Under the pieces are notes generated by a model. The model saw only the letters and a program-made list of their open reading frames with translations. It did not search any database and was not told where the DNA came from. Positions 27,018-37,064 of a DNA stretch of 64,000 nucleotides are shown one piece after another. The DNA is from Microgenomates group bacterium (GTDB taxonomy: Bacteria > Patescibacteriota > Microgenomatia > UBA1400 > MFAQ01). A program made the position numbers and the translations under genes. Position 1 is the first letter of the stretch. Each line of letters begins with the position of its first letter. The stretch is taken from positions 380,541-444,540 of the forward strand of contig JBAQNH010000002.1 of the NCBI GenBank assembly GCA_049303575.1. The letters run 5' to 3'.

Positions 27018-28726
27018 TGAACTCAATGCTACGTCTATTAGTCAACTTGTTTACTTCTCTATGGAAATTGGTTAAACGTTTCCGTATTGAAATTTTACTC
27101 ATCGTTCTTCTTCTTCCTTCAGTTGGCAGTTTACTTCAACCGGGTTACTTTTCCATGCACGATGACCTCCAAGTTTTTCGTCTCTTTGAACTCAATAAAT
27201 GCTTCCAGGATGGTCAAATTCCTTGTCGTTGGGTACCTGACGGCGGTTTTGGTTATGGCTATCCGCTGATGCAGTTCTACCCTCCCATGCCTTACTACCC
27301 CATGGAGCTTATGGTTATGTTGGGTTTAGGTTTCTTCTGGCCGGTAAAAATTATGTTTATTCTCGCCTTTATTTTTTCCGGTCTTGGTATGTATTATCTT
27401 GCCAAAGAGTTTTTCGGCAAATGGGGAGGTATTCTTTCGGCACTCTTTTATGTTTATGCTCCGTATCACTCGGTTGATATCTATGTCCGCGGTGCCCAAA
27501 ATGAGGCTTGGGGTATGGTCTGGTTTCCCTTTGTCTTGCTCTATATCTACAAACTAATTACCAAAGAATTCTCTTGGAAAAATTTTATTTTCTTTGCCCT
27601 TGCCCTCATGGGTCAACTCACCTCACACAACGTTATGACGATGATCTTTGCTCCGACAGCAATTATCTGGGCTCTTTTTTGGCTTATTCAAAGCAAAAAT
27701 TTCAAAAGTATTAAACACCTCATTCTTTCCGGTCTGTTAGGAGTTGGCCTATCCGCTTTTTTCTTCATCCCTGTTGTTCTGGAACAGAAATTTGTTCATG
27801 TCGAATCAATGATGTCTGGCTACTTCAACTTCATGGCTCACTACGCCGATATTAATCAAATGTTCCTTTCTCGTTTCTGGGGTTACGGCGGCTCCACCTG
27901 GGGTCCGGAAGATAATATGTCTTTTTCCATCGGTCAGTTCCAATGGGTTGTTGCCCTCCTTGTTTCCGCCATCGCTCTTTTCAAAATCAAAAAACATAAA
28001 TCTCTTTCCCTCATGGTTTTAATGATGGTAGCGTTTGGTTTTGTTTATGCCTTCTTAGCCCACGGCAGATCAATTACAATTTGGAATAATTTACCCATAC
28101 TCCAATATGCCCAGTTCCCCTGGCGTCTTGTTGCTTTAATTGTCTTTTACTTTTCTTTTGTTGCCGGTTACCTCGCTACGATAAAGTTTTCTCCACTTCT
28201 GAAAAAAATACTCTTTGTTGTTGTCACTCTTGGGCTTATTAACTGGAACATTTATTTTTTCCAAATCGAAAGACCGGTCAGAGTTACCATCGAAGAAAAA
28301 ATGGCTGGTCGTCAATGGGAGCTCCAAGTCACCGGTGGTATCTTCGACTATTTACCTAGAAGTGCCGAGTTTCCTCCCGGTGCACCTGCCTTTACCATTC
28401 CGGTTTACTCCGTAGGTCAAGGAGGAATCTTAAGCTTCACTTCCGGTACCAACTGGATGAAGTTCAATGCCGTTGTCTCGACTCCCAACGCCAAAGTTAT
28501 TCTCCCGTTATTTACTTTCGAAGGTCTTGTCACCAAAGTTGACGGTAAAAAAGTCAACACTACCCATGACGAACTTGGCCGAGTCATCGTCGATCTTATG
28601 GAAGGAAACCACACCGTCTCGGCCAAAATTGGTTACACTCCGGTTCGTCTTCTCTCTGATCTGACAACTCTGGCTTCGATTTTAATATTAATAAAATTAG
28701 CTCAATATGCTCGACGCCGCACCTGA
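27017..28726 (+). CDS. Polytopic membrane protein, 'HDxxxH' family paralog
   Basis: 'FSMHDDLQVFRL...GFGYGYP' parallels the 19209 and 30175 genes. 569 aa with a C-terminal soluble domain. Confidence 0.45.
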   Translation: MNSMLRLLVNLFTSLWKLVKRFRIEILLIVLLLPSVGSLLQPGYFSMHDDLQVFRLFELNKCFQDGQIPCRWVPDGGFGYGYPLMQFYPPMPYYPMELMVMLGLGFFWPVKIMFILAFIFSGLGMYYLAKEFFGKWGGILSALFYVYAPYHSVDIYVRGAQNEAWGMVWFPFVLLYIYKLITKEFSWKNFIFFALALMGQLTSHNVMTMIFAPTAIIWALFWLIQSKNFKSIKHLILSGLLGVGLSAFFFIPVVLEQKFVHVESMMSGYFNFMAHYADINQMFLSRFWGYGGSTWGPEDNMSFSIGQFQWVVALLVSAIALFKIKKHKSLSLMVLMMVAFGFVYAFLAHGRSITIWNNLPILQYAQFPWRLVALIVFYFSFVAGYLATIKFSPLLKKILFVVVTLGLINWNIYFFQIERPVRVTIEEKMAGRQWELQVTGGIFDYLPRSAEFPPGAPAFTIPVYSVGQGGILSFTSGTNWMKFNAVVSTPNAKVILPLFTFEGLVTKVDGKKVNTTHDELGRVIVDLMEGNHTVSAKIGYTPVRLLSDLTTLASILILIKLAQYARRRT

Positions 28727-30182
28727 CGAACCTCAAGTTCTTGAGTATCAAGAAGTCAAAAGCCGCTCGGTGTCCGGAGTACTGGCTCTTATTTCCCGTA
28801 CCTTCATTGTTCAGATAATCTCGTTTATCTCGACACTGGCACTCACCATTTTTCTCGACCCCAATATTTACGGCATCTTTTATCTTGTTTCTTCCGTTGT
28901 CAATTTCCTGGCCTATTTCTCCGATGTCGGTCTAGCCGCCGCGCTCATTCAGAAAAAAGAAACAGTTACCAGGAAAGATCTTGCCACTACTTTTACCGTT
29001 CAACAGATACTCGTTGTTCTTCTCCTTTTGATTTTATTTTTGGCCAGACCTCTTATTCGTTCTCAATACAACATCGATCAGTTGGGGATGTATCTTCTCT
29101 ATGCCATGGGCATCTCCCTCTTTTTGAGTTCTCTCAAAACCATTCCCTCAATCATGCTTGAGAGAGAGATTAAATTTAATAAATTAATTCTTCCTCAGAT
29201 TCTCGAAACCCTCGCCTTCAACTTCGTTGCTGTTTTCTTCGCCTGGAAAGGTTTTGGAGTCACCGCCTTTACCTTTGCTGTTCTTGCTCGAGGAATTGTC
29301 GGTTTAGTCACTATGTATATTGTCTATCCCTGGAAGCCGATGCTTGGCATTTACCGTGACTCACTCAGTTCACTTCTTCGTTTTGGCCTACCATACCAAG
29401 CCAACACTTTCTTGGCAGTTCTAAAAGATGACGGTATGACTATCATTCTCACCAAAATTATTGGTACTACCGGCCTAGGTTACATCGGTTGGGCAAGCAG
29501 ATGGGCAGGTCTTCCTCTCCGTATTGTGATGGATAATCTCACCAAAGTTTCTTTCCCCACCTTTGCCCGTCTCCAACACGACAAAGAAAAACTCGCTCGA
29601 GCAGTTGAAGTTAGTCTCAAATATATGTGTCTTGCCGCTTTTCCCATTCTCGTTGGTATGGGTTTCTTTGCCCTTCCTTTGATAAACATTATTCCCCAGT
29701 ACACCAAATGGTTACCGGCTCTTATTCCTCTCTATATCTATCTTTACAACTCAGCTTGGGCCAGTATTTCCACCAGTCTTACTAATCTTTTGAATGCTAC
29801 TGGCCATATTCGATCTACCTTCAAACTAATGTTGATGTGGACAGGTCTTACCTGGATCACTATGCCTTTCTTGGCACTCAAATTCGGCTTCATGGGTGTC
29901 TCGTATGCCGTTGCTATTATCGCCACTTCTTCAATCGTTACTATCTTTATGGCACGAAAGTATGTTCACTTTAGTTTGTTAAACATTCTCAAAACACCTC
30001 TTTTTGCTACCTTGTCCATGAGTTTATTTCTTTTAGTTTTTGTCCGCTACGGCACCTCGGTTTTTAATCTCGTCGCTATCGGTGTTTTCTCTGCCGCTAT
30101 TTATTTCAGCACCGTTATTCTCGTCGAAGGCATCTCCTTTTTTACCAATACCCTAAACTACTTTAAAATAAAACATGTTTAA
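28707..30182 (+). CDS. Oligosaccharide flippase (Wzx/PST family)
   Basis: 491 aa with about 12-14 TMs. The N-terminal pattern is typical of polysaccharide-biosynthesis flippases. Confidence 0.6.
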   Translation: MLDAAPDEPQVLEYQEVKSRSVSGVLALISRTFIVQIISFISTLALTIFLDPNIYGIFYLVSSVVNFLAYFSDVGLAAALIQKKETVTRKDLATTFTVQQILVVLLLLILFLARPLIRSQYNIDQLGMYLLYAMGISLFLSSLKTIPSIMLEREIKFNKLILPQILETLAFNFVAVFFAWKGFGVTAFTFAVLARGIVGLVTMYIVYPWKPMLGIYRDSLSSLLRFGLPYQANTFLAVLKDDGMTIILTKIIGTTGLGYIGWASRWAGLPLRIVMDNLTKVSFPTFARLQHDKEKLARAVEVSLKYMCLAAFPILVGMGFFALPLINIIPQYTKWLPALIPLYIYLYNSAWASISTSLTNLLNATGHIRSTFKLMLMWTGLTWITMPFLALKFGFMGVSYAVAIIATSSIVTIFMARKYVHFSLLNILKTPLFATLSMSLFLLVFVRYGTSVFNLVAIGVFSAAIYFSTVILVEGISFFTNTLNYFKIKHV

Positions 30183-33100
30183 AAGACTGCTCTACTTACT
30201 ACCTCTTTTCCTCTTCTTCATTTTAGTTAAGGGAGCTTTTGCCTGGGTACCTCAGACTTTTGTTACCGTTTCCAATCCGGTTAGAGGCTATGACGGTTGG
30301 ACACTTACCGAACAACATCCACTCGACCTTCCCCGGTTTCAACTTCAGGAAGCTTCTCGTTCAGGACTTCCGGTTACTTGGCTACTTCGTTTTGACGCGA
30401 TCGAAGATGCCACCATCTCCGCTTTCTTTAAAAATCTCATTAACACCAACAAAACCCAGTTCCTTGGTGCTTTCTTGGAGATAACTCCTTCCCTTACCAA
30501 CGCTGCGGGTATCGGCTATCCCAACGGTGTCACTATTTTTAGTGCCAATCGAATTTTTCTTTCCGGCTACTCACAAACGGATCGAATGAAGTTGATAGAC
30601 ACTTACATGAACTCTTTCTTTATCCGCTATGGTTTTTATCCCAAATCTGTTGGTGCTTGGCATTTGGATAGCTTCTCTCTTGAATATCTTCAGAAAAAAT
30701 ACTCTGTCCTAACTGCCATAAACTGCGACGAGCAGTACTCCACCGACCATTATCGTCTTTGGGGAGGGTATCTGGGCAGTCCTTACTTTCCGGATAAAAA
30801 CAACTCACTTGTACCCGCGTCTAGTCTAAATAATCGGGTAAATCTGACTATGGTTCGTTGGGCTCAACGAGACCTATTTAATTTTTATGGCACAGGTTAC
30901 TCTTCTGCTTACTCTGTTCAGGTAAATGACTATCTTGGTATGGGTCAAAATACCGCCTATTTCAACAAACTAATCGCTCTTTATAGCCAACACACCTTTA
31001 ATGAACTAACCTACCTCAACGTTGGTCTGGAAAATGACTACCCCATTGCCGATTATCGTCAGGAAATAATTAACTCTTACAATTCTCTCGTCAAAAACAA
31101 AGATCTTTATGGTCTAAACTTTATCGATCTAGGAAATTTTGGTGATCTATTCAAAGCCCGCTATCCTGAAAGCAGTCCGGCTTATTTTTATCGCACCAAA
31201 GATCTGACCGACAAACAATCAGGTGAAGTCTTTTGGTACCAAAGTCCCTACTATCGTATTGGTCTCAAGTCACAAAATGGCCAAACCAAGGTAATTGATC
31301 TTCGTATTTACAACAGGGGAATCTATGAAGACTACCTGGTTACCCCCAATCACCAGACTGATCTGTATCTCGATATTCCCTCGGCCATCGACTCGGTCAA
31401 GTTCCCCGGATCTGAATTAAATCTTGATTTTGATTTGACTCAATTCATTACAGTTTACGCGAGGCAATGGGATCTCTGGCAGATTTCCTTGGAAAAAGAT
31501 AATCAAAAAATTACTTTCTATCCCGACACCATCACTTTTACCAATCTTTCTGTTCCTCAAGTTGAGTATCAAGGCCTAAAGGTTATCCAAAACAAAAACG
31601 ACGTTACTTGGAAAACTGCCCCCTACACTCCTTTCCAAGACACCTATAACTACTCCTGGTTTTTCTGGATTGTCCTTGCAATTATTATCTTTGTCCTCTT
31701 CAAAAAGATTCGTCGTAACAAACCACCAAAAATATCTCTTCCGGTAATCGTTGGTCTATTCTGTGTCGCCATCCTCGGCCTTACCGTCATCAAAAGTGGT
31801 TTGGTTTATTCCTTCGGTCTCGGTTTCTGGGGACCCAATGGCCACGACGCTGTTTTTCATCTCTCCCTTATCGAAAAGTTTGCTCAAAACCCCTTTAATC
31901 TTGATCACCCTCAGTACTCCGGCGTTAAGTTGACTAATTATCACTTCGTTTTCGATTATCTCTCCGGCATTATTGTTCGTCTTTTTCAAATGCCCGCTAC
32001 CACTTTCTATTTTCGAGTTGCTCCCATAATTTTAGGTCTTGCTCTTGTCTTCCTGTTAAACAAACTCATGACCAAGTGGCACTACTCTCCTTGGGGAAAA
32101 ACTGTTTCTTTCGTTTTGGTTTTTCTGGGCGGCTCTCTTGGTTTCATCCCCAAACTCCTTACCGGTCAGGACGTTTTCTCCGGCGAGTCCGCTTTCTGGG
32201 TCAATCAATCCGCCTCTCTTTTTCTCAATCCACCCTTTGCCCTTTCTCTTGTCTTTTTACTTCTCTTTTTGCTTAATATTGAAAGTGGAGAAAAAATTAA
32301 ACTCGGTACCTTCCTTAAATTAATTTTCTTTGGAGCCATTCTTTCCCAAACAAAAGTTTATGCTTTTGTTCTCCTCGTAGGCGCGCTTTTCTTCTGCAAG
32401 AAAATAAAGGTCTTGTCTGGAGTTGTTCTCCTCGGTACTCTTTTTACCCTTCCTTTTACCTCTTTCTCTGGCTCACCTTTTCAATTTGATCCACTTTGGT
32501 TTAGCCGCAGTCTTTTTGCATCCTTCGATCGTTTTTACTGGCCAAAGTTTGTTGAAGCCTGGCAAGCTTACGAAGCAACGGGGAACATCCCCAAACTCCT
32601 CGCCGTAAATATTTTTGCCACCACCATCTTCTTTATCGGTAACCTTAATGTCAGAATCCTCGGTCTCTTGGGACTAAAGGGTTACCAAACCAAAGACCTT
32701 TCTGAAAAGTTAGTCGACTGGATAATTATCATTGGCTTACTACTTCCTCTCTTTATTGTCCAAAAAGTAAATCCTTGGAACACTATTCAATTTACTTATT
32801 ACTCCATTTTCTTCCTTGGTCTTATTTCCGGTCCGGTAATTGTGCAAATGTTTAATAAAGTGAGTTCAAATGTCCTAAAAATTATTATTGGTCTCCTCCT
32901 TCTCTTTATCGGCACCGCCACCAGCATCGGCACTCTTAAAGATTATTTTGGCCGTTTTTCGGCTTCAACCACTAGCTTTAGTGAAATTGCCGGCCTCGAG
33001 ACACTAAGGAAACAACCCAAAGGAATTGTTCTTACTCCGATGTATCTCAAATCCGGTTGGAACGTTACTCCCAAACCTCTTTATGACTACGTCTCAACCG

Positions 33101-33369
33101 CCTATGTCTCTGCTTTCTCTGGACAGCCGGAATTCATCTCCGACACCATCAACCTGGACATCACCGGTTTCGACTATAAAGAGCGTAGTAGACAAGTTCA
33201 ACGCTTTTATAATACGCTTGATCGAACATGGGCCAGAAGCTTTTTGCGGGAGAATAACATAAGATATATTTACGAGACACCTTTCCAGTCAATCAAGATT
33301 AGTCCTGTTGATCTCTCACTAACTTTGATTTTTGACTCGGGAGGCATCAGAATCTACCAAACCAACTAA
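30175..33369 (+). CDS. Large fusion protein: secreted ~500-aa domain plus polytopic 'HDxxxH' membrane domain
   Basis: Signal peptide and an extracytoplasmic N-half. At least 10 TMs follow from aa ~505, with 'GPNGHDAVFHLSLIEKF' matching the motif of the 19209 and 27017 genes. Confidence 0.5.
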   Translation: MFKRLLYLLPLFLFFILVKGAFAWVPQTFVTVSNPVRGYDGWTLTEQHPLDLPRFQLQEASRSGLPVTWLLRFDAIEDATISAFFKNLINTNKTQFLGAFLEITPSLTNAAGIGYPNGVTIFSANRIFLSGYSQTDRMKLIDTYMNSFFIRYGFYPKSVGAWHLDSFSLEYLQKKYSVLTAINCDEQYSTDHYRLWGGYLGSPYFPDKNNSLVPASSLNNRVNLTMVRWAQRDLFNFYGTGYSSAYSVQVNDYLGMGQNTAYFNKLIALYSQHTFNELTYLNVGLENDYPIADYRQEIINSYNSLVKNKDLYGLNFIDLGNFGDLFKARYPESSPAYFYRTKDLTDKQSGEVFWYQSPYYRIGLKSQNGQTKVIDLRIYNRGIYEDYLVTPNHQTDLYLDIPSAIDSVKFPGSELNLDFDLTQFITVYARQWDLWQISLEKDNQKITFYPDTITFTNLSVPQVEYQGLKVIQNKNDVTWKTAPYTPFQDTYNYSWFFWIVLAIIIFVLFKKIRRNKPPKISLPVIVGLFCVAILGLTVIKSGLVYSFGLGFWGPNGHDAVFHLSLIEKFAQNPFNLDHPQYSGVKLTNYHFVFDYLSGIIVRLFQMPATTFYFRVAPIILGLALVFLLNKLMTKWHYSPWGKTVSFVLVFLGGSLGFIPKLLTGQDVFSGESAFWVNQSASLFLNPPFALSLVFLLLFLLNIESGEKIKLGTFLKLIFFGAILSQTKVYAFVLLVGALFFCKKIKVLSGVVLLGTLFTLPFTSFSGSPFQFDPLWFSRSLFASFDRFYWPKFVEAWQAYEATGNIPKLLAVNIFATTIFFIGNLNVRILGLLGLKGYQTKDLSEKLVDWIIIIGLLLPLFIVQKVNPWNTIQFTYYSIFFLGLISGPVIVQMFNKVSSNVLKIIIGLLLLFIGTATSIGTLKDYFGRFSASTTSFSEIAGLETLRKQPKGIVLTPMYLKSGWNVTPKPLYDYVSTAYVSAFSGQPEFISDTINLDITGFDYKERSRQVQRFYNTLDRTWARSFLRENNIRYIYETPFQSIKISPVDLSLTLIFDSGGIRIYQTN

Positions 33370-33370
33370 T

Positions 33371-34288
33371 ATGTCCAAAATAAATATCTCTGCTGTAATC
33401 AACACCCGAAACGAAGAAAAAAATATCGAAGACTGTCTCAAGACCCTTCATTTCGCCGATGAAATTATTGTGGTTGATATGGAGTCGACGGATAACACTA
33501 AGAAAATTGCCAAAAATTTTACCGACAAAGTCTTTGACCACAAAATGGTTGGCTACGTTGAGCCAGCCAGAAACTTCGCCATCAGCAAAGCCGTCGGCAA
33601 CTGGGTTCTCATTGTCGACGCCGATGAACGCATCCCTAAATCTCTTGCCAGAAAACTAATAGAGATTACTCAAGAAGATGATGTCGATTTTGTAAGAATT
33701 CCAAGAAAAAATCTTATTTTCGGTCAATGGGCCCAACACTCTCGCTGGTGGCCGGATTACAACATTCGCTTTTTCAAAAAAGACACCGTCGAATGGCAAA
33801 ATGAAATTCACTCCATTCCGGTAACTACCGGTATTGGCATTAATCTTGATGCCGATGAATCTCTTGCCATCGAACACCATCACTACAACACTATTGATGA
33901 GTACTTTGAGAGAGCTCTTCGCTACTCCACCCAACAAGCCAAGGAGTTAATTGATTCTGGATATAAGTTCGACGCTAAAGACCTTATCACCAAACCAATA
34001 GGGGAGTTCATTAGCCGTTTCTTTGCCGGTGATGGTTACAAAGATGGTCTTCACGGTTTAGTTCTCGCCTTTTTGCAAATGTTTTCTGTCATGCTCATCT
34101 ATTTAAAAATCTGGCAACACGAAGGTCACGAACCTAAAAAAGCCGCTTTATTTACTCCCATCTGGCAAAATCTTTTCCTCGAAAAATTCAAGGAACTTCG
34201 TTACTGGTACCTCACCGTCCTCATCCAGTCCCAACCCCAAAAAGTCAAAAGATTTTTGCTTAAAGTCAAACGAAAGTTTTCAAAATGA
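33371..34288 (+). CDS. GT2 glycosyltransferase
   Basis: 'ISAVINTRNEEKNIEDCL...IIVVDMESTDNTKKIA'. Paralog of the 35193 and 54881 genes. Confidence 0.65.
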   Translation: MSKINISAVINTRNEEKNIEDCLKTLHFADEIIVVDMESTDNTKKIAKNFTDKVFDHKMVGYVEPARNFAISKAVGNWVLIVDADERIPKSLARKLIEITQEDDVDFVRIPRKNLIFGQWAQHSRWWPDYNIRFFKKDTVEWQNEIHSIPVTTGIGINLDADESLAIEHHHYNTIDEYFERALRYSTQQAKELIDSGYKFDAKDLITKPIGEFISRFFAGDGYKDGLHGLVLAFLQMFSVMLIYLKIWQHEGHEPKKAALFTPIWQNLFLEKFKELRYWYLTVLIQSQPQKVKRFLLKVKRKFSK

Positions 34289-35196
34289 AAATAGGTTTTA
34301 TTACGGTCAGCTTTCATAGTATTAAAGATACCTTGGAAGTTGTAAGACAACTGGAGAAAAATGCCCTTCCTTTGGCCGTTACCTCTACGGTTTATGTCGT
34401 CGACAACGACCGGTCAGAAGAACTCAAAGAAAAACTTCAAAAACATTCTCAGGCAGTCTATGTTGAAAGTCCGGGAAACGTTGGTTTTGCCTCAGGCAAC
34501 AACCTTGGTTTTAAAAAAGCCCTCGAAGACGAAATGGATATTATTGTGTTGATAAACAACGATACTTTAGTTCCCGAAGACCTTATTCTCAAAATTCTCG
34601 CCTCTCCAATTAGTGAACCGACAACCGGAGTGGTTGGTGGTTTAATTTATTTTGCCAAAGGCTTTGAGTTTGAAAAAAAATATAAAAAAGATGAACTGGG
34701 AAAAGTCATCTGGTACGCGGGTGGGGAATACGACTGGGACAATGTCTACGCCAAACATATTGGTGTCAATGAAGTAGATATGGGTCAGTACAACGGCCAG
34801 AGAGAAACTGACTTCATCACCGGTTGTTTATTTATTACCAAGGCGGAAGTACTGAAAAAAGTTGGTCTCTTTGACGAGCGTTACTACCTCTACTTCGAAG
34901 ACTCGGATCTGGGATTAAGAATTAAAAAAGCTGGCTATAAACTCATCTTTGATTCCAACATAAACCTCTGGCACAAAGTAGCTCAAAGCTCGGGTATCGG
35001 TTCACCCTTAAACGATTATTTCTTAACCAGGAACAGACTAGTCTTTGGTATGGACTATGCCCGCACTCGTACTAAAATCGCCCTGTTTAAAGAAGCAGTT
35101 AAAAAACTCTTTGTTGGGACCAAGGCCCAAAAGCTAGCCATTCGTGACTTTTATATGAGAAAATTAGGCGGCGGTTCCTGGATAAAAAAACCATGA
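34285..35196 (+). CDS. GT2 glycosyltransferase (rhamnosyltransferase-like)
   Basis: 'IGFITVSFHS...YVVDND', 'YYLYFEDSDLGLRI'. Confidence 0.65.
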   Translation: MKIGFITVSFHSIKDTLEVVRQLEKNALPLAVTSTVYVVDNDRSEELKEKLQKHSQAVYVESPGNVGFASGNNLGFKKALEDEMDIIVLINNDTLVPEDLILKILASPISEPTTGVVGGLIYFAKGFEFEKKYKKDELGKVIWYAGGEYDWDNVYAKHIGVNEVDMGQYNGQRETDFITGCLFITKAEVLKKVGLFDERYYLYFEDSDLGLRIKKAGYKLIFDSNINLWHKVAQSSGIGSPLNDYFLTRNRLVFGMDYARTRTKIALFKEAVKKLFVGTKAQKLAIRDFYMRKLGGGSWIKKP

Positions 35197-36002
35197 AAAA
35201 AATCTCAGTCATCATTCTGGCCAAAAACGTCGCCGATGAAATAATTCCGGCTCTCAAGACCTCTCAATTCGCTTCGGAGATCATTGTTGTTGATACTGGC
35301 TCAACCGACGACACGGTTGAAATTTGTCGAAAATTCGGTGCCAAAATTGTTCATGCAACCGGAGACAGTTTTGCCAAATGGCGTAACGATGGTGCCAAAG
35401 AAGCCAAGGGAGAATGGTTGTTGTATCTCGACTCCGATGAGCGAATCCCTGTCAAGCTGGCCAGAGAAATCCTTTCCACCCTTGAAGCCCCTCAACACCA
35501 AGCCTACACTATCAGCCGCTACGAAATTTTCTTAGGCAAGCATCTTCGTCACTGGGGAGATCCTCGCGTTCTTCGTCTGATGAAAAAAACCGCCCTCAAA
35601 CGTTGGGAAGGCAAACTACACGAACAGCCAAAAATTACGGGGAAGGTGGGTAATCTTCATCATCAAATGGTTCACCTTTCTCACAAGAATATCGATGAAA
35701 AAGTCCCCAACACTCTAAACTGGTCCAAATTTGAAGCCAAAATGCTTCTCGATGCCGGTCATCCGCAAATGAAAGGCTGGCGTTTCGTCAGAATTATGTT
35801 TACCGAGTTTTGGTATCGAGCTGTAAAACAAGGACTCTGGAAAGATGGCACCGAAGGCTGGATAGAAATCATCTACCAAATGTTCAGTAAATTCATGACT
35901 TACGAAAGGTTATGGGAAGCTCAAAGAAAACCTTCACTTTCCGATACTTACAAAAAAGTTGATGAAGATCTATTAGAAGAATGGCAGAAAGAAAATAAAT
36001 GA
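35193..36002 (+). CDS. GT2 glycosyltransferase
   Basis: 'ISVIILAKNVADEI...IIVVDTGSTDDTVEI'. Confidence 0.65.
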   Translation: MKKISVIILAKNVADEIIPALKTSQFASEIIVVDTGSTDDTVEICRKFGAKIVHATGDSFAKWRNDGAKEAKGEWLLYLDSDERIPVKLAREILSTLEAPQHQAYTISRYEIFLGKHLRHWGDPRVLRLMKKTALKRWEGKLHEQPKITGKVGNLHHQMVHLSHKNIDEKVPNTLNWSKFEAKMLLDAGHPQMKGWRFVRIMFTEFWYRAVKQGLWKDGTEGWIEIIYQMFSKFMTYERLWEAQRKPSLSDTYKKVDEDLLEEWQKENK

Positions 36003-37063
36003 AAAAAGCCTTAATTTTTGATCCGTATCTTGACACCCTCGGAGGAGGGGAACGTTATGCTCTCACTTTTGCTCAGTCACTGTCAGACTCCGGTTTCCGT
36101 GTTGAGGTTGCTTGGGGAGATAGAGAAACCTTAAACAAAGCGGAGCAGCGTTTTGGCCTTGACCTTTCGAATATTAAAATTAATAAGGAAGCTTACGAAA
36201 CATGTACCGGCAATACTCCCCTATTTCGTAAATTTCTTTTTACCATCCGCTACGGCCTTATTTTTTGGGTTAGTGATGGCAGTCTCCCCTTTTTGTTTTC
36301 CAAAAACAATTTAATTCATTTCCAAGTTCCCTTCAAAACTATTGGCGGAAACCCATTCATAAACAAGATTAAAACTCTTTTTGTCCACAAGTTTGTTTAC
36401 AACTCCAGTTTCACCGCTGCTGTTCACGAAACTCATTTCCCTAAAAATAAAAGTTTTGTTCTCTATCCTCCTGTAGACACAGCAAGTTTCCTTCCGGGAA
36501 ATAAAGAAAATATTATTTTATCTGTTGCCCGTTTTGATTCTCCGAGCCATTCCAAACGTCAGGATGTTCTAATTGATTCCTTTAAAATTCTCCATGAGTC
36601 CTCTCCGGACTATCAACTATTTTTAGTCGGCAGTAGTCATCTGGAATCGGACACCCTCGAAAAGCTTAAAGAACAGGCTAAATCTCTTCCCATTAAGTTT
36701 GTCGTTAATCCTGACTTTGATAAATTAAAGAGTCTATACGCTAAGGCTAAATTCTTCTGGCACGCTGCAGGGTTCGAGATAGATGAAAAAAAGGATCCCG
36801 AAAAAGTCGAACACTTTGGCATTGCAACTGTCGAGAGCATGGCTGCCGGCTGTGTTCCCATTGTTATCGGCAAGGGTGGTCAAGTGGAAATTCTCTCCGA
36901 AGGCACTGGTTTCCTTTGTGCCAACGCTAAAGAAATCGCCGATACTACCCAAAAACTAATCAAGAATTCCTCTCTTTACGAAAAGACAAAAGAAAATGCC
37001 AAGGAAAGGTCAGAAAAATTCTCCACTAAAGAATTTAACAAAAAAATTCTTACCTTAATCTGA
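35999..37063 (+). CDS. GT4 glycosyltransferase
   Basis: C-terminal 'FGIATVESMAAGCVPIV' matches the GT4 EX7E region. Confidence 0.7.
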   Translation: MKKALIFDPYLDTLGGGERYALTFAQSLSDSGFRVEVAWGDRETLNKAEQRFGLDLSNIKINKEAYETCTGNTPLFRKFLFTIRYGLIFWVSDGSLPFLFSKNNLIHFQVPFKTIGGNPFINKIKTLFVHKFVYNSSFTAAVHETHFPKNKSFVLYPPVDTASFLPGNKENIILSVARFDSPSHSKRQDVLIDSFKILHESSPDYQLFLVGSSHLESDTLEKLKEQAKSLPIKFVVNPDFDKLKSLYAKAKFFWHAAGFEIDEKKDPEKVEHFGIATVESMAAGCVPIVIGKGGQVEILSEGTGFLCANAKEIADTTQKLIKNSSLYEKTKENAKERSEKFSTKEFNKKILTLI

Positions 37064-37064
37064 C

